Below are positions 11,447 through 23,017 of a DNA stretch of 63,321 nucleotides, in pieces. The position numbers were made by a program, and so were the translations under genes. Every line of letters begins with the position of its first letter. Within the stretch, counting starts at the first letter, position 1. This DNA comes from Salisapilia sapeloensis CBS 127946 (taxonomy: Eukaryota; Protista; Oomycota): the NCBI GenBank assembly GCA_023334545.1, contig JAADVB010000092.1:1-63321 (forward strand). Direction: 5' to 3'. The notes beneath the pieces are model-generated. The model searched no databases, was not told where the DNA came from, and saw only the letters and a list, made by a program, of their open reading frames with translations.

Positions 11447-12902
11447 ATGCTCTCGAAACTCGGCCAGAAAGCCACCGCGCCACTGCGTCGCTCGCTGTCG
11501 TCGGCAGCAGCGCAAACGTACCCGTCCTACGTGCTCCAGGCCCCGGCCACGGAGGTCTCGACGCTCGAAAACGGACTGCGCGTGGCGTCCGAGGGCGGCC
11601 ATGGCGACACGGCCACCGTCGGTGTCTGGATTGGCGCCGGATCTCGCTACGAGACGGAACAGAACAACGGTGCGGCCCACTTCTTGGAGCACATGTCCTT
11701 TAAGGGCACCCAGAAGCGTACGCAGCAGCAGCTCGAGATGGAAATCGAGAACATGGGCGGTCACTTGAACGCCTACACGAGCCGTGAGCAGACGGTCTAC
11801 TACGCCAAGGTGCTCAAGAAGGACGTGCCGCGCGCCATGGACATCCTCAGCGACATCCTCCAGAACTCCAAGCTCGACGAACAGGCCATCGAGCGTGAGC
11901 GTGACGTCATCCTCCGTGAGATGGAAGAAGTGAACAAGCAGGAGGAAGAGGTCATCTTCGACCGTCTCCACGAGACCGCTTATATGGACAACGGTCTCGG
12001 CCGCACCATCCTCGGCCCCATTGACAACGTACGTACACTTACAGCTTCTATATCCCCAAGCTCCTCGTAGTTATGTCTACTACTAGATCCGTAACCTGCA
12101 AAAGCACGACCTCGTCGACTACATCAAGACGCACTACACTGCTCCTCGCATGGTTGTCGCTGGTGCCGGTGCCGTCGACCACTCTCAGTTGGTCGAATTC
12201 GCCCAGAATTCGTTCGGGAACCTCCCGTCCGAGCCGCGTGTGGCGCCCACCCTCGAGCCCGTGCGCTTCGTCGGATCTGACGTCCGCATCCGTGAGGATA
12301 GCATGCCTCTTGCTCACGTCGCCATCGCCTTTGAAGGTTTCAGCTGGACGAGCGAGCATGCGTTCCCGCTCCTCATCATGCAGACGCTTCTCGGCAGCTG
12401 GGACCGCACGTCTGGCGCCGGTATGAACATGTCGTCTAAGCTCGGACAAGTTGTCGCTGAGAAGGAGCTCGCCCACTCGTACATGACGTTCAACACGTGC
12501 TACCAGGACACTGGTCTCTTCGGTGTCTACGCCGTCGCCGACCAGTACCAGCTGAACGACTTGACGTGGTACACGATGGAGGCGCTCGTCCGCCTCGTCC
12601 ACAAGACTTCGGACGAAGAGGTGGAACGCGCCAAGACCCAGCTCAAGGCCAACATGCTCATGCAGCTGGACGGATCGTCTCCTATCTGCGAGGACATTGG
12701 TCGTCAGATGCTCACATACGGCCGTCGCTTATCGCCTGCTGAGGTCTTTGCGCGCATCGACGCCGTGGACGCTGCTGCGGTGCGTCAAGCCGCGGATGAA
12801 GTGATCAACGACAAGGAACACGCCTTGGCGGCCATGGGTCCGATCCACGAACTTCCGGACTACACGTTCATCCGTCGTCGCTCGTACTGGCAGCGATACT
12901 AG
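11447..12902 (+). CDS. PMPCB: Mitochondrial processing peptidase beta subunit (M16 peptidase)
   Basis: Presequence, [19 protein letters not shown] (HXXEH), [23 protein letters not shown]; intron 12029-12086; strong C-ending codon bias. Confidence 0.96.
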
Positions 12903-12969
12903 GGATGCAACCATAAGCTGCATGCCATTGCATGAAGAATACAATGACAGACAAAAGACTTTGGTGGTT

Positions 12970-14265
12970 TCATTTCTGAGCTTGTTTCAAATACGTCTCT
13001 GCTTGCGAGATCTGCGCCACGACGTGCTCCCGTTGTGTCGTCGGAGCGTACTTGGGCGAGGTGTCGACTGTGAATGATGGCAGAGGCTCGATGACCGCGT
13101 CTCCGTTTGCACCGTTGAATCGCACGACTGACTGCCGGCGCTCCTTGCCATTCACCACTCGATGCTGCGTTCATTAGTTATAAGGAGGACTAGATAGGAT
13201 AGACTAGTGGGAATGTACCTCTGTAGCCTGGAGGAGTCCGTTCGTCCAACGCTCGAGCATGTCTCCGATGAGAATGAAGAGTCGGTCGTGGCAGACGGGA
13301 GCTTGGATCCAATGACCCTGTCGATGCCGAAGGTGCAGGCCAGGTCCATTCTGATGGATGATTGTAAAGCACTCAAAGTCCGTGTGGGAAGAGATGCCGA
13401 CAAGAGAAGAGTCTGGTTTGGATGGTGCCTCTGGATACGTCAGAAGTCGCATGAACGCCTCTGCTTCGTCACCAACGTGTTGCTGCCATATCGTCAGATA
13501 CAGATATTTGTAGATGTTCAAGTTATATTAATTACCTCGAATGTGTCGGATGGAAGGGATAGCATCTCTGCGAAAGACTGGAAGAGAACGGACGAGACGA
13601 TCGATGTCTCTTCATACAAGCTGTAGACATCTTGCTGGAAGTTGTCCAGTTCGGTCGGCCAATTGTTCGGACCGAGGCTAGAGCCTTCTCTTATGAAAGA
13701 GGCAGGCAGCTCTTTCGCGAGATCGAAACCTTCGACGTACGAGACTGCACCTGGTTGATACTATTGATTACCATAAGTCCGATGACAAGCGGAAACTTGG
13801 GAAATTACACGTACTGATGGTTCTTCAAAGAGAGGAGTCCATCCCTTGTTATTGGGAGATCGCTTGACGTGGTACTTTTGCTTGACGTCGTCCGGGAGAT
13901 GAAGGAACTCATCCTTTCGCTTGTAGGCCTGAGAAAACCATTCGCTAAGAGACTTGAGCAAAATAAAGTAGGGAATGTATGATGGAAACCTGGTTGATTA
14001 GACCACTTGGTAGGACTCCTTTCGTTGGAATAGTGAAAAACCCTGTCATCACGCATGCTTCTTTCAATTGAGCTAGAATCTCTTCCTTTTCTCCCCATGA
14101 TACGCTTCGCTCCTCTCGTCGGGCCTGCACAAGCGGACCGATATCGACCACTGGTAATTGCGACAATGACACCTCCGAAGCTGTCAGGTCACTTGCCGAC
14201 GAGCCAAAGTACTTCCTCGTAGGTGTCAATCGCTGCGAAAGCCATCGCGTACTTCCTCGCCACAT
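12970..14265 (-). CDS. 2-oxoglutarate/Fe(II) dioxygenase (IPNS/DIOX_N-like), multi-exon
   Basis: LPVVDI...QLKEAC...GFF N-domain, H-T-D (SSHTDFECFTI), GDMLERWTNG, and E|HRV and R-Q-S formed across the intron at ~13167-13218. Confidence 0.88.
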
Positions 14266-14444
14266 CACGTCTGCACCGCTATAGGATCTGTCTGTCCGAC
14301 TAAAATAGCTACTTTTTATCTATAAACGCATCGTTCCGTCAGTCCTCGGATTCCATACGACTTGCTAAAATACTCATAATAAATTGATATTCGCCATGAA
14401 TCGCTCTACTCTTGGCCCAATTCCACACTCGATCGGACTCGAGT

Positions 14445-15575
14445 ATGTCTTACTTGGAAGAGTCTTCCCACTTTAACAATTGGATCTTCACGAAAGATGA
14501 GCTAGACCGATGTGCACGCCTACGACGTGCCAAGTGTCGAAAAACCCTGCGTCTAGAACGAGAGCAAAAGACCCAGCAGGAGGCTGTAGCACCACGTAAA
14601 GCTCGAGCGTTTGCAGCCTTACTACCTCGAAGTTCCACCGCGATTGAAGACACGAACGACTGGCATGACGTCGTGAATCTCGATATAGACCAGGAGGAAG
14701 CAAGTGAAGACTCATTTGAAGCAGAGACGCCGATGGATCCACCTCTTTTATCTGCGCTGGAAGAAACGGTCCTCCAATCGCATTATGAAAAGATGATCCA
14801 AGATAGCTGTACGCAGCTATTCCGTACTTCTGATAAAGTTAAAGGCTGTGCTGTGATGCTATTCAAACGCTTCTACCTGTCGAACAGTGTCATGGAGTTC
14901 CATCCAAAGTACATTGTGCCCACGGCCATCTACGTTGCTGGCAAAGTCGAAGAGCAGTATCTAAGCGTTGATACCGTCGCAGACAAACTGTCCATTGATC
15001 ATAAACACATCATTGCGCATGAAATGGTGCTACTAGACGGTGTACGCTTCCAGCTAATCATGTATCATCCGTTCCGAGCACTCTTGGGATTTTTGGATGA
15101 GTTCCGGGCGTTTAGCAAGAGTAAGAAATCGAAAGAGTACTCGTTAGACGTCCTCCAGAAACTCCATGCAGACTCCACCATCATCATAAATGAGCTTTTG
15201 CTCACGAACTGGCCGCTTCGGATGTATCCGTCCCATCTCGCACTCGCGGCGTTGTACCGGACGAGTGAGAAAGTGGGGGATCCAGAGCTGCGCCAAGAAG
15301 ATGTAGTCGAGTACATTCGAGCGAGTAAATTTTTGCCATCGGATGAGAACAAGAGGCAGGAGGCGGTTGACAAGATACTTGGGGATATACGAGCTATTGA
15401 CAAAGTGAATGATGACGAGGAGAAACCGAGTGCGAGTAAAGTATATAAGAAACTGAAGCAGTTCCATCCGGAAGAGAAGAGCTCGAAGAAAGAAAAGAAG
15501 AAGAAAGAAAAGAAGAAGCGAAAGGGAGAAAAGGACAAGGAGGACAAGGACAAGAAGAAGCAAAAGAAGGAATAA
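14445..15575 (+). CDS. CCNH: Cyclin H (CAK/TFIIH) with a Lys/Glu-rich tail
   Basis: YLEESSHFNNWIF, FKRFYLSNSVMEFHPKYI, KVEE, LLDGVRFQLIMYHPFR. Confidence 0.9.
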   Translation: MSYLEESSHFNNWIFTKDELDRCARLRRAKCRKTLRLEREQKTQQEAVAPRKARAFAALLPRSSTAIEDTNDWHDVVNLDIDQEEASEDSFEAETPMDPPLLSALEETVLQSHYEKMIQDSCTQLFRTSDKVKGCAVMLFKRFYLSNSVMEFHPKYIVPTAIYVAGKVEEQYLSVDTVADKLSIDHKHIIAHEMVLLDGVRFQLIMYHPFRALLGFLDEFRAFSKSKKSKEYSLDVLQKLHADSTIIINELLLTNWPLRMYPSHLALAALYRTSEKVGDPELRQEDVVEYIRASKFLPSDENKRQEAVDKILGDIRAIDKVNDDEEKPSASKVYKKLKQFHPEEKSSKKEKKKKEKKKRKGEKDKEDKDKKKQKKE

Positions 15576-15582
15576 AATGATC

Positions 15583-15954
15583 TTACTCGTCGTCACTTTC
15601 GCTTTCCTGCTCGGCCATCTTTTCACCTGCAAGTCTGTCAGTTTGTATCGATACACGGTAGACGGTAGGGTAGGACGTACGTAAGATTTCGACGATGGTG
15701 TGTTGAGTGCGTCGCTCTAGTTTCTTCAACATTGGCTCAATATCGCGTTCAATGTCCCAATTGGCGCGCTTGGGTGCTAAGTTTAACTCCTCTTCTTCCT
15801 CTGCTGCTTGTTCTCGTTCCTTTGACGGTTCCTGCTCCTCCTCTTCCGCTTCTACTTTATCTTCTGCAACATCCTTTCCTTCCTTTCGAGCTTTTGCTTC
15901 CCGCAGGAGCTTCAAGCGCTTTGCTCGCGGCACTTCCTCCGCCTCGGAGCTCAT
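15583..15954 (-). CDS. CCDC12: Cwf18/CCDC12 spliceosomal (NTC-associated) protein
   Basis: LAPKRANWDIERDIEPMLKKLERRTQHTIVEILR matches the Cwf18 core; intron 15627-15690. Confidence 0.85.
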   Translation of the reverse strand: MSSEAEEVPRAKRLKLLREAKARKEGKDVAEDKVEAEEEEQEPSKEREQAAEEEEELNLAPKRANWDIERDIEPMLKKLERRTQHTIVEILRTSYPTVYRVSIQTDRLAGEKMAEQESESDDE

Positions 15955-16582
15955 TCGTTCGTTCGTGTCCAACTTTTCGTGCTAACATCTACAACTTTGT
16001 ATGTCTATTACAACAACGCTTCTACTGTACACCAAAGAAAAGAACGAGAAAGAGTGCATGTGCTAGCTGCTTTTGCCCCCTCGTCCAGTACTCTAGCTAA
16101 GTTTCCTACTTTTGCATGCATAAACGAACCATTTTACCTAGGAGCTGTACTTAGAGCATAGCTATGATGTAGCATATAAAAGGTAGCTTTGTTTGCTGTC
16201 GATGCAAGCGTCGAAAGATAATAATCGAAACTCTCGATTCTACTACCGACATGTGAACGTTCCGACGGTAAGCCGCAACTTGGACATGAAGAACTAAGAT
16301 ACAACCAAGAACGAGCCAACGGATACGAAAACTTCCATATCTACTATATCGTGAGATCCACTAGCCTACGGACGACAGTCAAAGGACAAACCAACAGACG
16401 CCACAACAAAATACTGCCAATGTGTATCGCTCGCATTATTCACCCCGCAGACTTCTTCTTTGCCTTTGGCACATGCCTACTGTAGCCTCCAGATCAAATC
16501 GAAATCAAACGAAACGCTGTCTCCGAGCTTATCACGTGAAAATCCAAAGCTGTTTCAAATCAAATTCGGCCGACAGACCAAC

Positions 16583-17719
16583 TTAATGGCTCGTACCTTC
16601 CATCTGACGCAGGTGCGCCGAGCACAGGCCCTTGCGACGGCATGGCTTGTCACAGCCGTCCGTCTTGCAGCGCTTGCCTCCGCCGTGCGTCGCGCACAAT
16701 CCGCCACCGCGGTCGTTGCGCATGCAGCCGGGGACTTCGCACAGACGCGAGCCACCGTGGAGGGCGCAGTAATCGCCTCGCTGGGTGCCCTTGTCACATC
16801 CCTTGGTGCGGCAGCGCTTTCCTCCACCGTGCGAACGGCAGAAGCCTCCGCCCTGAGAACTGCGCGTGCAACCGTCCACCTGGCAACGCGGTCCACCGCC
16901 GTGCGCTTTGCACAAAAAGTTCGACTGCGCAGCCTTCGTGCAGCCTTCGTGGGAGCAGCGCTTTCCGCCACCGTGGCGAATGCACAGGTTGCCTCCCTGA
17001 CTGCTCTTGTCGCATCCTTCGACGGCACAGCGACGTCCGCCACCGTGGGAGATGCAAAGTCCGTTGGAACGAGAGCGCTTGTAGCAGCCGTCTTGGCGGC
17101 AGAGACGTCGGCTCTTTGGCTCCATGGCCTTGGGCATCGCTGCAGGAGGCGTCAGCTTGAACTCCTCGTCGGTGAAGTCACTTTCGAGAGAGTCCATAAA
17201 GGACGTCAGCGGGGAGCTGGAGAGCACATTCAGGTTCAAAAGTCCATCATCTGGGTTCTCAACCGCAGCCGGCGACGACGTCTTCTTCTCCTCCGGCGCG
17301 TCCACCAAGAACGAGTACAAGATGGACATTTCCGTGCCGTCGAAGCCGTCATCCAAGTCCGTCACGTCCTTACGGTTCTCCGCAGATTCCGCCTCTTCAG
17401 TGAAATCTAAAAGAGCCTCAAGTTCCGCCGCGTCCGCATCTTCCTGCGCAGACATCTGTTTCGGTTCGTTAAAGTCGTCCAGAGACGAGCTAAAGTCAAA
17501 GCCACCGTTCACGAACGGTAGCGCAGGAGGCATGCCGACGGCGTCGGCGCTGAATTCTTCCTGCTGGAACGACCAAGGTGGTAGATTGTCCACCTGGGCC
17601 TGTTTTTCCATGCGCGGTTGCATGAACGCCGCCGGCGGGAAGGCCGACGACGCATCCTTCGCCGCAGCGCCGTTTCCGGACGGGAATCCGGAGAACATGG
17701 CTGTGGCCGCGGGGCCCAT
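16583..17719 (-). CDS. Protein with seven C-x4-C-x9-C-x2-H(GGG) zinc-finger-like repeats ('WRKY19-like' family) and an acidic N-terminus
   Basis: Seven 24-aa repeats; no WRKY domain present. Confidence 0.88.
   Translation of the reverse strand: MGPAATAMFSGFPSGNGAAAKDASSAFPPAAFMQPRMEKQAQVDNLPPWSFQQEEFSADAVGMPPALPFVNGGFDFSSSLDDFNEPKQMSAQEDADAAELEALLDFTEEAESAENRKDVTDLDDGFDGTEMSILYSFLVDAPEEKKTSSPAAVENPDDGLLNLNVLSSSPLTSFMDSLESDFTDEEFKLTPPAAMPKAMEPKSRRLCRQDGCYKRSRSNGLCISHGGGRRCAVEGCDKSSQGGNLCIRHGGGKRCSHEGCTKAAQSNFLCKAHGGGPRCQVDGCTRSSQGGGFCRSHGGGKRCRTKGCDKGTQRGDYCALHGGSRLCEVPGCMRNDRGGGLCATHGGGKRCKTDGCDKPCRRKGLCSAHLRQMEGTSH
16613..17101 (-). repeat. 7 x 72-bp coding tandem repeat (CCCH-type units)
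   Basis: Periodic Cys/His spacing, e.g. CAVEGCDKSSQGGNLCIRHGGG. Confidence 0.9.
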
Positions 17720-17844
17720 GGCCCCTAGGGCGTCCCTACTTTCAATAGGACGACACGTGGTTGCTAGTTATATGCTTGGCAAAGATGCCTCGATGTACTA
17801 TAAATTCCCTCAGACCAGTGCGAGGAGCTTGTGCTATTGTTGCT

Positions 17845-17858
17845 AATTTGCGAATGGC
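17845..17858 (-). promoter_or_regulatory. Possible INR-FPR-like core promoter of the CCCH-repeat gene, with CCAAT boxes upstream (~17898, ~17936)
   Basis: Minus strand GCCATTCGCAAATT loosely resembles the oomycete TCATTYYNCAWTTT element. Confidence 0.3.
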
Positions 17859-18661
17859 TTCTGTCCAGACGCTGTGGGTGGCGAATGCGAAAAGGGTCCA
17901 ATGAGAATCGGGTTCATTTGTAAAGACGCGATATGATTGGTGGAAAAAGGCCGAGCATAGAAACGCAGTCTAGAGACTCGATGTTGTGGAGTTTGAGTGA
18001 TGCGCAACCTGTTGAGAAGCTATCAGTGGTACGCGCGACAGGCCCGAGAGGTGATTAATATGATAGCAAGGCGGTCGTCGAAAGAGTCGTGGACGGAGCA
18101 AGTCTTCGACGTTAAACATTGCCAGTGAAACGCTTGTTGCCGGCTTTAAAAAGACCGTTGTCATTCGAGTAGACGTAGGCTTCCATAGAAAGTAACAACC
18201 TCGTTAGTATTTCGCAACTGCATGAACAAGAATATTCCGTTGGCTATAAAGTTTGTAGTGGGTAACGGCGTAGCATTTGGCCTGATGATGGTGTGCGTCT
18301 CTATGCAAATTTGAATCACACGTTTCGTTATTATCCTATGGTTCTTCGACTGCTAGTCATATCCTTTGGAAGCATGCTCTCGGTGAGATATACGCCTAGA
18401 TCGCAACTACTCTCATACCACCGAAATCACGGAAAGTTTATTTTGACACATGCAAGTTGAGAGAAGACGGACACGTTGAAGTGAACCCACTATATCAACT
18501 GTGACAGGTTTCTGCAATATAATCAGATATGAAAGGTTCCTCCATTCCATCCGATATCACGTCTGGAGGGAGACAAGATACCACATTCAATCGGACAGGT
18601 TTCGGTGTGTCTGTCTTAACAAGTCCACCGAGCGTCCGCAACTTCAAAAAGCGCCTGGAGA

Positions 18662-20329
18662 ATGCTCGAAGCGCACGACGCATCCGAACGGTTGCTACCT
18701 GCTTCAGACACTTGGATGGACTCGTCGTCTCCTTCTGTGCTCCATGGTGCCACTTCGCCATCTTCCTCACGTAAGAGTGGACAGCTAGAGCTTGCAGCAG
18801 CAATCGTCGCCCTCTCCTCCTTTCTATGGGGCTACGGTGTCGCCGTCTTAAATGTCTGTCTCGTGCCCAATGCTGCTGGGTCCATCCTCGTCGACATCAA
18901 TCTATCTACTTCAGAGCAAGAAACAGCCACTGCTCTCGTACTCGTGGGAGCGCTCTTCTCTGCATTACTGAGCAGTGGCATTGCCGACCGCCTCGGTCGG
19001 AAGAAGACCATCCTACTCAACAACGTCTTCTTCATTCTAGGAGGTGCCCTATGCACCATTGCCACGACTAAAAACATGCTCTTTGCTGGTCGATTCTTCA
19101 TTGGGTAAGCTATTCGCTAACTTGCTCCTACCATGACAAGGCTAAATTTCTTCATAGAGTCGCCTGTGGCATTGTCACCAATACAGTGCCGATCCTATTG
19201 AACGAGATCGCTCCAGTCTTTGCCTCTGGCCAAGTAACATCCTACCACCAGCTCTACTTGACCCTCGGTATGCTCACATCCGGCGTGCTTGGCTTCCTCG
19301 TCATCACGGACGTCCCATCCGGCTGGCGCTACCTGAACGCTGTGATCCTCATTCCATCCACTCTGCAGATCCTAGCGACTACCTGTATATCTGAAAGTCC
19401 TTGGTGGCTAATGAAGCATCGTGGATGGGATGCAAGTCGCGAAGCGCTAGAGTTTCTACGTCCAACCGGTCGAGCGGAGATGATTCAGGACGAATTGGAA
19501 GAAATCGCCAAGAGTATGGCCGATCGAGATGACGAGAAGCCAGCCTCATGGCGAGATTTAAGAAAACACAAGCGAATTGTACTCATGGGTACACTCCTCG
19601 TCTTCTTCCAAGCGTACGTTCCTATGCCTAGTGTATAGACACTCTAGAAGCTCATGAAAGTTTAGGATGACTGGGATCAACACCGTCATGCTGTACTCTG
19701 CCCAGATCTTTCATTTCGCTGGTGTAGATAACCCCTTTCTTGCCACAGCAGTCGTTGGCGTCGTGAATGTCATCGTGACCATCGCCTCCACGAGACTCGT
19801 AGATCGCTTCGGACGCCGACCACTGCTACTAGTTGGAACGTCTATCATGATCCTTGCACTCGTAACACTAAGTATCTCTCTACTTTACCTTGACAAGATG
19901 CCAGGCGTCCAAGGTGCCTTTGCTGTCAGTGCCGTCTTAGTCTTTGTCGCGGGCTTTGCCGTCGGTCTGGGAGCCGTCGTGTGGGTCGTACTGGCAGACA
20001 TTACGCCAGTGCAAGTACGATCAAAGGCGTTTTCCATGTTTATGGCAGTCAATTACATCTGTAACATTGCCATTGCGGTGGGCACACTGTCTGCTATTGA
20101 TGCGTTGGGTCGAGGAGAGGAGCGAGAGAAGAATGGGATTGCAAAGTTGTATTTGATTCTAGCTGCTATTGCGTTCGTCTGTGTCAGCTACGTGCTATTG
20201 AAAGTACCGGAGACGAAGAGGTCTGGACCGAAGAGCCGGAGAAACTTGGAGGAGGATGAGAAGAGCTTGCTTAGTATCACGGAAGAAGAGGAGGATTCGA
20301 TCGCAGCTTCAGATGTTACAGATTTGTAG
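18662..20329 (+). CDS. MFS sugar porter (hexose/polyol transporter), 3 exons
   Basis: ADRLGRKKT, GRFFIG, ESPWWL, GINTVMLYS, VDRFGRRPLL, PETK; introns 19105-19157 and 19614-19665. Confidence 0.93.
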
Positions 20330-21453
20330 AGTCGTAGGAAGGAAGCGCTACTACGAAGAAATGAAAGATGGTATCGATGGATGATTGACTGGTTTTGGGC
20401 TGTGAAATCATTTTGATAAGCCTTCTAGCACATCGAGATGGATTCTATGTCTGTGAAAGGAATGGACACTTGGTGGATATTCGTACTAGATACACTAGCA
20501 ACAAACTAGCTGCTTTAATAAAAGTAGAAGTATTTATCTCATCGAAAGGATCCTAGAAACTAGTGCTTCATGTACCAAATCTTGTAGGTATCTTTTTAGA
20601 TGCCATGGTAGCCTTCATCGGCTAAGCGTGCACGTATGCGTACACTTTGTCTACAGACGTCTACTGGAAGTGTAGAATGAGAAGCGGTTGGCGACCTTGA
20701 TTAACTCGGTACGTACTTTGAAGAGCCCAATGTCGTTTCTATTAATTTGTTTCGAGCTGGGAGAAACGTACGAACTGTCGAACGTGACGCAACACTTGCA
20801 ACGTGGTAGCTTCAACTATGCATGTGTATCTTTCGTACGAAAAAGAGCTTTAGAAATAGACTGATGCACTTTCCTCAAACCAATGCTCTACACTTGCACT
20901 GTGGCGTTGGATTTTAGTCGTAAGTTAGCAATCACGACCCTAGTGGCCTTTCGGCATCAGATAAAATCACGCAGGTACATCAAGAGTTTCCGCCTGCAGC
21001 AAGATACTAATGCACAGGACGTGCGATTCGTAGCTCAACCCGATCGTGCAAGTTGCTCTGCGTTGATGGTGGTTTCATGCATCAGGCTACAGGGAGACTA
21101 TCTAAGATGCTAGAAAGAAAAACACTTTAAGCGTCCCAGATGCGATACGTACACATGCATCTACAATTTATAAATCACCTGTATCTAATGTCCATCGTAC
21201 GACTCATAAAGCAATGCAAGACAAGTAATAAATGCATGTTCCATTGATGGAAACCTGACAGCTACCACTCTACCTCTCATGTCTCGAAAAGATACGCATT
21301 TTACTCGAGAGTATCAACTGACGGTAGAGATGGTGAAGCTGATGAGATACAAAAGCGAAGTGTGCATTCTGTCGTCCAATCGTGCAGTGCACACGGGCTG
21401 TGACTCCATCGACAGTCGATCATTTTCCTGGTTAAACGCTTGAACAAACAACC

Positions 21454-22880
21454 ATGGTCTCCCTCACGTACATGACAGCTCTCGCCGGTGCATTCTTGGC
21501 TGCACACAGTGCCCAAGCCTTGGACAAGAACCTGCATGGTGTCAACTACGATATGCGAAAAGGAGCCGACTGGGCTCCGGAGAAGTGCAAAACCGAGAGT
21601 GAGATCGCCGCGGACATTAAAACCTTGTCGAGCATTACGGGCAACGTGCGTACCTACAGTCTCTCGGACTGTGACGTCACGCCTGTTCTTAAGGCTGCCA
21701 AGGACAATGGTCTGAAAGTGTGGCTTGGCGTCTGGGTCTCAGAAGACGAGAGCGTCTTCGAAGGCGAAGTCGCTGCTTTCAAAAAGCTCGTGGACGCCGG
21801 TCTCATCGACAGCAACGTTATTGCCATCAACGTCGGCAGTGAAGCCGTGTACCGTGAGGACATTACGGCAGACACGGCCGTGAGCTACTTGAAAAAGTTC
21901 CGTGACGTTGTAGACAAGCTCGATGCCGACATCAAGCTGTCCATCACGGACATCATCGATACATTACTCGAGCACAAGCAGATCATCGAGGCCAGCGACA
22001 TTGTCACCGTGAACCAGTTCCCGTTCTGGGAAAAGGTAGACGCAAAGGAAGCTGCGAGTCAGTTCCTCGGTCGTATCCAGCCTCTCCTCAAGCAATTGGA
22101 TGGCAAGGACCTTGTCATCACCGAGACTGGCTGGCCTACAAGTGGCAAGGAAGACAAGGGCTCCGTCGCGTCTCCTGAAAACGCTGTGGTATGTACTCAC
22201 TTATAAGTTACTAGCTTGGATATACCTAACGATGTCTCTTGTAGACGTATCTGAATGACTTTTACAACCTAGCGGAACAGGAAGACTGGAAGTACTACTG
22301 GTTCGCTGGCTTCGACACGCCGTACAAGGCAGAGCAATTGGCCTTGCCGAACACGGTCGAGACGAGCTTTGGTATTTTCGATGAAAATGGCAACATGAAG
22401 TCCGAGTTCTCGGACATGGAGATTAAGGAGAAGAAGATCAAGGCCTCGGGCGACAGCAGCAAGTCCTCTTCTACCAAGAACACTGCTTCTAGTGGTGACA
22501 ACAAGTCTGGTGATAACAAGGACGATGCTTCTGCGAATGGCGACGGTAAGTCCTCTACTACCAAGGATAACACTTCCGATGACGGTGGCAAGTCCTCTAC
22601 CACCAAGGAAGATGCTTCCCCGGATGACAAAGAGTCCAGTGATGTGAACTCACCCTCTTCTGCCACTACAGAAGGCACAACCGAAAGCGAGGATGCAGAT
22701 ACCGAGTCCAGCGGAAACGGTGGTGTCAAGACATCCAGTGCAGTTGACGATGAGAACGCAAGTGACGCCACTGGATTCGATGACGCGAATACCCAGGGTG
22801 ATGATGATAGCGTTGCATCCATTGGAGCGACCTTGTCTGCCGTTGCAATGACCGTAGCTGCCGTCGCTTTTAACTTGTAG
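21454..22880 (+). CDS. Secreted, probably GPI-anchored GH17 beta-1,3-glucanase/glucanosyltransferase with an S/T/D-rich stalk
   Basis: Signal peptide, VRTYS, NVGSEAVYR (acid/base Glu), VITETGWPT (nucleophile Glu), intron ~22189-22244, hydrophobic C-terminal peptide. Confidence 0.92.
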
Positions 22881-23017
22881 AGAATCGAATGTTTTGAGGT
22901 ACTCTAAACAGCCTCCATTCGGCATTTGCTAGCTACCATGCTTCCGCGTAGACCGAAAAAAGAATACATAACTCTTTCTTTTTCTTTTTCTTTGACGCAA
23001 CGTACCATAAAACGAGG

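Noticed and set aside
11360-12602. Long minus-strand ORFs (203 and 184 aa) over MPP-beta
   Set aside because: Antisense shadows of a strongly codon-biased gene; no motifs.
15470-15572. A/G-rich repeat-like tract
   Set aside because: Low-complexity Lys/Glu coding tail of cyclin H.
16583-17719. Calling the CCCH-repeat gene a WRKY transcription factor
   Set aside because: No WRKYGQK domain is present.
16460-17846. Plus-strand 316-aa and 240-aa ORFs over the CCCH-repeat gene
   Set aside because: Shadow frames of GC-rich repeats; Ala/Ser-rich with no domain signal.
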